DNA of 64,000 nucleotides from a virus: UHGV virus genome UHGV-0240017; one strand, 5' to 3'. Shown piece by piece: positions 56,412 to 64,000 of this stretch (position 1 is its first letter; each line of letters starts with the position of its first letter). The notes under the pieces were generated by a model. It saw only the letters and a program-made list of their open reading frames with translations, ran no database searches and was not told where the DNA came from. The position numbers and the translations under genes were made by a program.

Positions 56412-56740
56412 CCTCCCATGCTTTCACATGGGCACAGACTATATCATAACCGTAGGTATTGCTACCCGTAGGTCTCCCCCACTTCGCCGCTAAACTAAGC
56501 AGCTACTCTACTCGGTTTTACCCTTTCGATAGTCGTTGAACGATTTTCATCGCTGCTGGTTATCCATTATCGCAACCCTTAGCATTATTGGTTAGCATAG
56601 GTTATCTTACGAATTGTTTCTGACTTTCGCCACCCTGTCGGGATCGTAAGCTTTAGGGGTTTCCAGCAATTCGAGGGATACGCACTAGAGGTTTCCCGTC
56701 TAGTGGGCCAGTGTTTAGCATTAGGTGCTTTGATGACGCG
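56403..56740 (-). other. group I self-splicing intron (ORF-less) within the RNAP beta-prime-like gene; boundaries approximate (+/- 25 nt)
   Basis: Minus-strand P AATTGCTGGAAA (56660-56671), Q ACCAGCAGCG (56551-56560), R GTTCAACGACTA (56530-56541), S GATATAGTC (56437-56445) in canonical order; P/Q and R/S complementary; P9-like hairpin 56415-56432; flanking ORFs are two halves of one conserved domain. Confidence 0.7.
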
Positions 56741-58084
56741 ATCAGAAATACGCAGAGAACATTGTGTTACATCTGTCAGTACCGCTGAGATGAACAATGT
56801 CTGAATAGAAAGTTGAACCAATGTTGGGTTACGCAGAACTTCCAACATTAAGCCGAATCCGCCGGGGGATTCTTTAATCAACTCATTAATAATTTCATGT
56901 ACCAACGGTACATACTGCATTGCCGCAAATGCAATGATGCGCTCACATTGTCGAGGTGTATAATCACGACGACCTAACTTGTTCTCGATGTGAACACTCG
57001 CCAACGGAACCAACCAACGCCAAGGCGCAATAACTTTCAACGCATCGTGAGGTTCAGAGATAGGAGAGATAGTCACACGCCCGCCCCACGGTACGTGTGT
57101 TGACCCGAGTTTTGCCCGATAGAACCCAGGTTTACCTTCCATCACTTCCTGACGATGGTCAATATAGAAATACGCAAGCTGTCGATTCGCTTTGATTGCG
57201 CGACGAATAATAAAACGTGGTTCGATACGACGTGCATTCGTGTACAACAACGCCACATTTTTTACTGCGTCGATAGCGCTGGTATAAACCGGATCGATAA
57301 AAATACCTTGTCGGCGTTCCTCCGTAACGATCAGTTTTGATGAAATAATCGGAAGGTGTCTTGGAAAGAATGAGAACGATTGTTCCTGAAAGAACTCACG
57401 CCATTCTAAGCGTACGCGCTCACTCTCATAACGGTTATTTTTCGTTGGCGGATAAATCTCCTTCCAAGCTTCCGGGGACGTAAGGATATTAAAGACGGTT
57501 CGATGGTGGTCGATAAAGTTTCGAATTCCCCGTTCGAAGCCATGTTCGCCGAGTATTCTTTTCACCACGCGAGCACGTGTTCCTTCGTCCTTCTCTGGAT
57601 GGTAGTACGGATCGATTAGCCATAGCAGCAAATCAGAACCACGCTCTACCGTCACTTTGTTACGATTAAATTTTTTCAGCTTAGAGCCAAAGAAAGCATT
57701 AAAGAGAGACCAAAAACGTGGATTGATAAAGTTACCCATCTCATCGGGTGCACGTAGCCAGACCTCGGACGTGATCCGATGTTCAGAAACAACATGACCA
57801 CAATGTGGGCAACGTAACCCAAGATTATAACGATGGGTAATAGGCGATTCGCAGGTCAGACTGCAAATAGGAGCCGAGTTGAGTGTTTCATCAACGATTC
57901 GGTTTTGAAGTATTTGGTTAATCATCTCTGACGCTTCGATGGTATCCATCGTTGCAGCAACGTCATTGATAATAATCGGGGGTTTGTAGCCTTTTTCCTC
58001 CGCTTCTTGTATACAGTCACGTAGCATTTTATCGTGACTAATTAGTCGCCCTGAAATCCCGTAATATTCTAGTTTATGTTCCAC
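56585..58084 (-). CDS. RNA polymerase beta-prime homologue, 5' exon as an ORF (last ~50 codons are intron-derived)
   Basis: N-terminal zinc-finger-like CSLTCESPITHRYNLGLRCPHCG; GGRVTISP and RNPTLVQLSIQ match bacterial GRSVITVGP and NRAPTLHRLGIQ; conserved sequence stops after TQCSLRIS around 56741. Confidence 0.7.
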   Translation of the reverse strand: MEHKLEYYGISGRLISHDKMLRDCIQEAEEKGYKPPIIINDVAATMDTIEASEMINQILQNRIVDETLNSAPICSLTCESPITHRYNLGLRCPHCGHVVSEHRITSEVWLRAPDEMGNFINPRFWSLFNAFFGSKLKKFNRNKVTVERGSDLLLWLIDPYYHPEKDEGTRARVVKRILGEHGFERGIRNFIDHHRTVFNILTSPEAWKEIYPPTKNNRYESERVRLEWREFFQEQSFSFFPRHLPIISSKLIVTEERRQGIFIDPVYTSAIDAVKNVALLYTNARRIEPRFIIRRAIKANRQLAYFYIDHRQEVMEGKPGFYRAKLGSTHVPWGGRVTISPISEPHDALKVIAPWRWLVPLASVHIENKLGRRDYTPRQCERIIAFAAMQYVPLVHEIINELIKESPGGFGLMLEVLRNPTLVQLSIQTLFISAVLTDVTQCSLRISDRVIKAPNAKHWPTRRETSSAYPSNCWKPLKLTIPTGWRKSETIRKITYANQ

Positions 58085-58168
58085 GCCGAATCCTCAACAA
58101 AAAAAGAGAGGGAAGGGACAGGGGGTTTTCCCCTGTCCCTCAACTACTGCTTACTACTTACCAACTTA

Positions 58169-60016
58169 TTAGTAAGTCGGACGCCAGTCAGTTGCAGCGA
58201 AGGACATACCGAAATCGCTACCAAATGCGCTAGGACCGCTACCGGACAGCGCGAAGTTCTCATTACCCGTGTTAACAAACACAGAGTGAGTGAGACTGTT
58301 CGCTGCGGTAACACCGTTCACCTGGAAGTTGCAGTTTTCGGTGATGTATTCCACCAGTGCTTTACCAAACAGTGGATTGATCGCCAGGTCAGACGCTTCA
58401 CCCGTTACCTGCGGCTGTTTGCTACCGAACATGGACGCAGCCATTTTCAGCAGGTACAGACGCTGGTCACGCGCATTCAGGTAGCGGTGAGAGTAGGACT
58501 GTGCACTGATGTAGTCGATCGCATCGCGTTGGTTGTCACCCACTTTAGTCAGAGCGGAAACCAAGTCCATATCCTGGAAGCTGCGTTTCTGGCTGTTGCT
58601 GAAATACTGACCAGAGATGGTCGGGCAACCGGCAATAACAACATGTTTGCACTCAAAGTTGGTGTCTTTGCCCAGCAGCGCTTTGAAGCGAGTGCTGAAC
58701 TTAGTCGCGCCGTTGCTGGCCATGTTATCCAGGATGTTGAACAGAGTATACAGTGCGTTGGTGTTACCCATCCCGATTTCACTCAGGAGAGTAGACAGAC
58801 CACCGATACCGTTACCTGCACGATGGTTCACCACCAGAGCCGCAGTCGGGTTAGCGAAGGTGTCCAGGCATTTCTCGATAACTTCACGGTTACCGTCGAT
58901 TTTGCTCAGGTCAGGTTTTTCGCTGCCCCATTCTACATACTCCAGAACGCGGGAGAAGCGGCGATCGGTTTTGTTCAGAGACTGCATGAAACGTTCACGC
59001 CAGCCACCGATAGTGGCGATTTGTGCGAACGCGGCCAGTTCAATCAGCTGACGCTCGATAGGTGCCATTGCCCCAGAGGATTGAGAATCCATCAGAGAAA
59101 CAACCACTTCGGCTTCCAGCTGACGCAGGTCCTGAGTACCGTTAGTCAGAGTCTGAGGTTTACCTTTATGGCGGAGGTTGATGTAACCAACACCTGCAAC
59201 GCTCGGATAATTCTGGAGGCGTTCAGAAGAGAACAGCGTCGGGTTATTATCGTTGTTGCCGGTGCGAGTATGGTCAACCACAACCATCAGGTCAGCACGC
59301 TGTGCGGAACCGTTAACGTCAGTTACAGAACCTTCTTCAACTACGCTAACTTGCGCGGTGAAGCGATCAGAACGGGTCATTTTCAGGTAGCCCAGGTAGC
59401 CAGAATGACGACCGAAGATACCCAGTGCAATCTGGCCCATGAGCTGGTTAGCCCATTCTTCGTTCATGGTTTTACCCAGTTCCGGTACGCAGTTCATTAC
59501 CATGAACTGTACGCTTGGCAGATTGTGCTGAGTTGCAATCTGGTTAGTGATGTTGTTCATCACACCTTCTTGACTGAACAGCTGCGCCAGGGTGTAGTAG
59601 TTTTCTTTACCGTTGATTTCGTAGAAACGGATGGACTGGCCATGTTCGAAGAACAGGATGCCGTAGAGCCATTCGTTATGGTTATCGCCAGACGGACCAG
59701 CCACGTATGCAGCAGAACCCATTTCAGAGTTGATGCCGTCAATAACACCCCAGCGGAAGTTACGCAGGTATGTATTCTTCTCCGCCATCTTCTCAATCAG
59801 GCTGGTGAACTGAGAAGCAGTGGAGACGAAAGACATGTATCCGAAAGCTTTATCGAAAGTAGAGATGTTTTTAGACATCCCACCAAAAGCGTTGGCCGCA
59901 TTGGTATTATCCACAGTAGCAGCTCCCGCGCCACCGAAAGACGGAATTGGATCTGCAGCGGAACCAGCAGCACCAGTCACAACGTCGTTTTGATTGTCAA
60001 TAAACTCTTTAGCCAT
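58169..60016 (-). CDS. highly expressed 615-aa protein of unknown function; speculative candidate for the phage-nucleus shell protein (chimallin) or a major virion protein
   Basis: ATG with AAGGA SD; stop-free antisense strand (codon bias); strong terminator 58115-58139; sits among replication and transcription genes. Confidence 0.6.
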   Translation of the reverse strand: MAKEFIDNQNDVVTGAAGSAADPIPSFGGAGAATVDNTNAANAFGGMSKNISTFDKAFGYMSFVSTASQFTSLIEKMAEKNTYLRNFRWGVIDGINSEMGSAAYVAGPSGDNHNEWLYGILFFEHGQSIRFYEINGKENYYTLAQLFSQEGVMNNITNQIATQHNLPSVQFMVMNCVPELGKTMNEEWANQLMGQIALGIFGRHSGYLGYLKMTRSDRFTAQVSVVEEGSVTDVNGSAQRADLMVVVDHTRTGNNDNNPTLFSSERLQNYPSVAGVGYINLRHKGKPQTLTNGTQDLRQLEAEVVVSLMDSQSSGAMAPIERQLIELAAFAQIATIGGWRERFMQSLNKTDRRFSRVLEYVEWGSEKPDLSKIDGNREVIEKCLDTFANPTAALVVNHRAGNGIGGLSTLLSEIGMGNTNALYTLFNILDNMASNGATKFSTRFKALLGKDTNFECKHVVIAGCPTISGQYFSNSQKRSFQDMDLVSALTKVGDNQRDAIDYISAQSYSHRYLNARDQRLYLLKMAASMFGSKQPQVTGEASDLAINPLFGKALVEYITENCNFQVNGVTAANSLTHSVFVNTGNENFALSGSGPSAFGSDFGMSFAATDWRPTY

Positions 60017-60063
60017 TTTACTTAATCCTTATAAGGTTTAATACAATTGTAGTGTTGGTTCAC

Positions 60064-60171
60064 GTAGATAATATCTAGCTAAGATATTTTAGAATACACG
60101 TAAAACACACATAGCTTAAAATGATTAACTACCGAACCATCACATAGATAATATCTTTCTCAGATATTTTT
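60064..60171. promoter_or_regulatory. two direct copies of a ~28-nt element, each with inverted repeat AGATA-A-TATCT
   Basis: GTAGATAATATCTAGCTAAGATATTTT (60064-60090) and CATAGATAATATCTTTCTCAGATATTTTT (60143-60171) between divergent starts 60016 and 60225. Confidence 0.45.
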
Positions 60172-60224
60172 CAATGTGAGTGAGACTGTGACCGTTTCCT
60201 ATGTGTAACCCCAAGGAGTAAGTC

Positions 60225-61286
60225 ATGTTCAGTCAAGCCGAGTTAAACCAAGCAGCCATAAAGGGTAAATTCGAAGACCCTTCCGCTATACAATTGGTCA
60301 GTGCCGTAAAAAATAATAATCAGCGCATTCGCAACTATTTAGAGTCCATTCAAACCCGTGTTGTTTCAGGTCATCTGGTACTCAAAATCTTAGCGGCTAT
60401 CGGATATGCGGGTGAACCCAGCTACGAAGAGATCGAGTGGGCATGTCGACGCAAGCTTTCCGATATCGGTAATGCGCTACACCTAACTTCTGTGGGGGAG
60501 TATGGTCAAGTTTTCAACGGGATCTTTATCGAAGGGCAAGATGAGATTATTTCACTCGTCGCACGTCCTATTGATCCTGAACTGTCTTTTCGTGACTACA
60601 CACCTGCAGTTTATCTTTATCACGAGTACACGAATCTTAACTGGAGTCTCGGGAACGGCAAACCCCGTGGTATCAGTATTATCGAAATTAATCTGGTTGC
60701 ACTGCTATGGCAATACGTTCTTGCAGAACAATACTACCGAACGCAATCCGAACCGATTAACCGTGTAGTTTACGCGCAACGACACATCATTTACCGTATG
60801 CTACCCAGCTACATGAATATCGCTTTTTTAAATATCCATCGTGCTGTCGCAACAGGTAAAGAAGTCGAACCCGAAACACCACTTCGTGTTATCCCTACAC
60901 CGCCTTTACGTGAACTTTCAATTAAACACGCAACGCAAGTGTGTAAAGCACTTCGTGCAGGTAAACCTTTACCTGGTGTGGTCATGGCACACATTCCACA
61001 GTTCTTTGATGATCCGACACACCCTACCACTGCGGTAGACCGCATCCTTTTTAAAGACCCAGGTTCAACCATTCAGGGTAGTTGGCATCGAAACATCGTG
61101 AACTGGTATTGGGCGTTGTTCTGCTTACAGTTCGACAACTCGAGTATGAGCAAATACAAATCCAATTTAATGGTGCGTATAGCCAGATTCGAAGATGCGA
61201 AGATATTGGAAAAACTTACACGGTCGGCTAGAAATTACTATCGACACGAGTTAATTTTACCATTATATCAGGCATTAGAAAATTAA
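60225..61286 (+). CDS. hypothetical protein (353 aa)
   Basis: ATG with AAGGAG SD; terminator hairpin 61340-61363 downstream. Confidence 0.7.
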   Translation: MFSQAELNQAAIKGKFEDPSAIQLVSAVKNNNQRIRNYLESIQTRVVSGHLVLKILAAIGYAGEPSYEEIEWACRRKLSDIGNALHLTSVGEYGQVFNGIFIEGQDEIISLVARPIDPELSFRDYTPAVYLYHEYTNLNWSLGNGKPRGISIIEINLVALLWQYVLAEQYYRTQSEPINRVVYAQRHIIYRMLPSYMNIAFLNIHRAVATGKEVEPETPLRVIPTPPLRELSIKHATQVCKALRAGKPLPGVVMAHIPQFFDDPTHPTTAVDRILFKDPGSTIQGSWHRNIVNWYWALFCLQFDNSSMSKYKSNLMVRIARFEDAKILEKLTRSARNYYRHELILPLYQALEN

Positions 61287-61339
61287 GACTTACTCTCCCC
61301 CGCTGAGGATTCTTTCGAATCCCCATATAATAGAGTTAA

Positions 61340-61375
61340 AACGTTGCACCAAGGTGCAACGTTTACTTTCTTTTT
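61340..61375 (+). terminator. intrinsic terminator AACGTTGCACC-AA-GGTGCAACGTT plus T-run
   Basis: 11-bp perfect stem followed by TACTTTCTTTTT. Confidence 0.75.
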
Positions 61376-61518
61376 ACCGTAATCCGTATCCCATGACAAA
61401 AACATTCTGTCCGGTTACGTGTGCTAACCATCCGTTTAACGGATCGTCATAGTAGATTTCGAAACTGACAACGGGCTTCAGTCGGAACCAGCGTTCGTTA
61501 CACGGGATCGAATTAATC

Positions 61519-63831
61519 TCACTCGTCGTCAAAAACCTCTTCTTCGTCTTCATCTTCTTCGTCATCTCCTGCCCTCTCCGATTTCTTAACGTATTGTACT
61601 TCTGCTAATTCCTTATACAGCTCGTCTTCTTCCTCGACTCTATCGTAGAAATCTGATAACAGTCTCATCCTATTCTTATCCATCATGAACACACCTAAGC
61701 ATTCAAGAATGTGATAATACGGTTCAACCGTAGAGAAAGCAGTACGACGGATATCTGCGATATCGATCAGTTCTTTAGGAATACCGTAGTTTTCCACCAA
61801 ATGCTCTGGTAGAATCAACGTTTTATATTTACGGAAATTTGTCTCCTCAAACCACGCCGATGCACCGTTCTTGATAATCGGATCTTCGATACTGTCAATC
61901 CATTCTTTAATCTTCGTTTTGTTTTCCAACGTTACCGGAAGTTTCACAGCATCGTAGGGCGGTTCTTCCAAATAACCAAACTTCGGACCAAAGATAGCAT
62001 TATACATTCGGTGGTAATGGTAGTTCTTTTCATCCTTCTCGTTATAAGCGCTACGTTCCTTAATGTTAGTCGTTTTCAAATACCCTGGATTCCCAGAACG
62101 AATAGAATCCATAATCGTGTGTTCGATTTGGGCAACCTTTTCCAGCAACGGAATGATTTCGATCTGATCACCACGGGCAACAACTTCACATAACCCTTTG
62201 ATGGTGTTCTTAAACTCCTTCATGATAATCGGAGGAATGTTAGATGTACGTAAAGACACACCTTTTACTTCCAGCTCGGGATCTTTTTTCAGCTGGCCTT
62301 CCTGTCCGGTAATCAATGAGAAGTAATGTTTTGCTTTAGTGGTTAATGCAAACGAATCGAACTTAAATTCGTTCTTCATTGCATACAGGAACAAACGCTC
62401 CTTCGCCACACCGATGTTTGCTGACATGCTCGCCATCAAATGTCGTAAGTGCTGTGTCGCAATATAGATCATCGCATTGGAAACACGGGTCGCTACTTCA
62501 CCGTAATGTTTACCAGTGTACCAGATTGCCCACCATTGCGCAGTCATCATTGTAGAGTCAGTATCAGACACTACACCTACACGACGAACCACATCCGGCA
62601 TTCGGGCAATATTGATCGGTAAATTTTTCGTGGTAAGAATATTGCGAATCAGTAGTGCGTATTTACCGATCGTTTTCTGTAAGAACAACGCGGAACGAAT
62701 TAGTTCTTTATAGCCATCCTGCTGATCCCACGGCAAAGGTTTTTTATTACCGTCAAGTTTCTTAACGTCACTGAACGCTTTACCCATCGGTACTACGTCG
62801 GTACGGAACTGTGAGATAATAATCTGCATATCACCATCGATGGTCTTCTCAGCAGCAACCCAGTCTGTATCAGTCCAGCCCTCAGTATCAACGCGCACAT
62901 CAGGGGTAATCAATGCGCCAATAAAGTCGCGCATGAACTTATCGTTGTATTTCGCCAGGTGGAAAAAATCACCCATGTAAACAAACGCGGCACGCGTCAA
63001 CGGTGATACATTACTAACGTAATGCTCAACGAACTCCATCCCCGCTTCGTTCTTAAAGTAGAAATCGGCAGAATAATGAATAACCTCCATCACCTCTTCT
63101 ACCGACGGGTAATGAAGCTCATACGTCTCCATGCATTTCTTAAAGCTATTCCAATCGGTTAAGGTACCGATAGATAAGAAATGATCGATAATACGCGACG
63201 GGGTATCGTAATGTCGATTACCGCCTAATAAACGTTCATTCCCAGCATTGCCGAACGAAGTTGCAGTACGACAAGTGGACGTCAGTGTGGAGTGTGAGGA
63301 CTGATTAAAAAGGATCGTGAACGGGGAGGAAAATGCGCCCGACATACCGTTGTTCAGCGTCTTGACCGCATTCTGTTCGTTCTTTTTGTTGATATTTAAT
63401 ACTACATTGCCCGCTGCTGCTGCTGCAAACATTTCCTTTTTTACCGCATCACGTTTCGCCACGTTAGCTGCTGTGAATTCAGACAACTTAGAACGTTTGA
63501 CGTGTTCGGGCAAATAAAAAGTTAACGAAGGTGCGGAGATAATCTGTTTGTCAATGACGGTTTTAAATAACTTATCGACGGTTGTGTATTTTTCCTCACG
63601 ATCGCCCGTTTTCTGATTACGCACCCACATCTTACACACAGGTGATTCAGTTGCTAACTCACCGCCAGGGGCAATAAGAGCATCAACTTCCTGACGACAA
63701 AACTCTAAAGGGTATTTTTGTGCTGTCACGTTATGAATGTATAACGCGACTTGTTCGCGGTAGGCATCGTTGACATCGATATCACGATGGTATTCATCTA
63801 CCGTTAAACGAAAAGGAGAAATGTATTCCAC
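61519..63831 (-). CDS. putative DNA polymerase catalytic-domain protein (DTDS motif) with polyacidic C-terminal tail
   Basis: VGVVSDTDS resembles family-B motif C; KTLNNGMSG loosely resembles motif B; other motifs not convincingly placed; GTG start with AGAGG SD. Confidence 0.45.
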   Translation of the reverse strand: MEYISPFRLTVDEYHRDIDVNDAYREQVALYIHNVTAQKYPLEFCRQEVDALIAPGGELATESPVCKMWVRNQKTGDREEKYTTVDKLFKTVIDKQIISAPSLTFYLPEHVKRSKLSEFTAANVAKRDAVKKEMFAAAAAGNVVLNINKKNEQNAVKTLNNGMSGAFSSPFTILFNQSSHSTLTSTCRTATSFGNAGNERLLGGNRHYDTPSRIIDHFLSIGTLTDWNSFKKCMETYELHYPSVEEVMEVIHYSADFYFKNEAGMEFVEHYVSNVSPLTRAAFVYMGDFFHLAKYNDKFMRDFIGALITPDVRVDTEGWTDTDWVAAEKTIDGDMQIIISQFRTDVVPMGKAFSDVKKLDGNKKPLPWDQQDGYKELIRSALFLQKTIGKYALLIRNILTTKNLPINIARMPDVVRRVGVVSDTDSTMMTAQWWAIWYTGKHYGEVATRVSNAMIYIATQHLRHLMASMSANIGVAKERLFLYAMKNEFKFDSFALTTKAKHYFSLITGQEGQLKKDPELEVKGVSLRTSNIPPIIMKEFKNTIKGLCEVVARGDQIEIIPLLEKVAQIEHTIMDSIRSGNPGYLKTTNIKERSAYNEKDEKNYHYHRMYNAIFGPKFGYLEEPPYDAVKLPVTLENKTKIKEWIDSIEDPIIKNGASAWFEETNFRKYKTLILPEHLVENYGIPKELIDIADIRRTAFSTVEPYYHILECLGVFMMDKNRMRLLSDFYDRVEEEDELYKELAEVQYVKKSERAGDDEEDEDEEEVFDDE

Positions 63832-63932
63832 GGCTGACCTCTAAAAAGGCAGTTTAACTCGGCTATAAGGAGGGTGGGTAACGTGAAAAAAAAGAAAGAA
63901 GTATGTCCTCTCCGAAGAGAGGACATTTTCGA

Positions 63933-64000
63933 TTAGCCTGCCGCGTTTTCAATGATCTCGATTTCCACATCATTAAACCCGCGTGCTGCCAACGCAGCTT
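63933..64000 (-). CDS. 3' end of a gene that begins beyond the window (last ~22 codons)
   Basis: Frame open from the window edge to a TAA at 63933-63935, followed by terminator hairpin 63903-63926. Confidence 0.3.
   Translation of the reverse strand, partial: AALAARGFNDVEIEIIENAAG

Noticed and set aside
56585-56740. C-terminal ~50 codons of ORF 56585..58084 (RVIKAPNAKHW...ITYANQ) as genuine protein sequence
   Set aside because: Conservation with beta-prime ends before this point and the stretch coincides with the group I intron core elements (P element lies inside it); interpreted as intron read-through.
56403-56740. Homing endonuclease gene inside the intron
   Set aside because: The intron is only ~340 nt and contains no ORF or LAGLIDADG, GIY-YIG or HNH motif in any frame.
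61374-61565. 63-aa minus-strand ORF between 60225..61286 and the DTDS-motif gene
   Set aside because: Overlaps a strong plus-strand terminator hairpin and the start region of the 61519 gene; lysine-rich, no SD; likely spurious.

Overview
This window reads as a densely packed segment of a large (jumbo) tailed-phage genome, most likely a phiKZ-like phage of an enterobacterial host that encodes its own multisubunit RNA polymerase. That assignment is inference from split RNAP beta and beta-prime genes, a 764-aa highly expressed structural protein, A-tract/GC-hairpin/T-tract terminators and a recurring TATATATTACC-type promoter motif. I call about 58 protein-coding genes, roughly 85% on the minus strand. 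Recognisable by motif: dihydrofolate reductase, an SSB-like protein with a bacterial-SSB-type acidic tail, an Mre11/SbcD-like nuclease, a DExH helicase, a DnaB-like protein with a degenerate P-loop, a DEDD exonuclease-domain protein plus a separate DTDS-motif protein (possible split DNA polymerase), and RNAP beta and beta-prime pieces. The strongest findings are: (i) a ~340-nt ORF-less group I intron (P, Q, R and S core elements in canonical order) interrupting an RNAP beta-prime-like gene just before its DFDGD catalytic motif; (ii) a triplicated module at 8.6-9.9 kb where three paralogous ~55-aa basic proteins alternate with three copies of a ~90-nt three-hairpin element whose stems carry compensatory changes; (iii) a shared 24-nt early-promoter-like element. 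No rRNA, tRNA or CRISPR array was found. Everything is from reading the sequence and the ORF track; no searches were run. The track uses ATG/GTG/TTG starts, so several starts were moved to an in-frame ATG with a Shine-Dalgarno; manually read coordinates of non-track elements may be off by 1-2 nt. Functions without an explicit motif are unknown.
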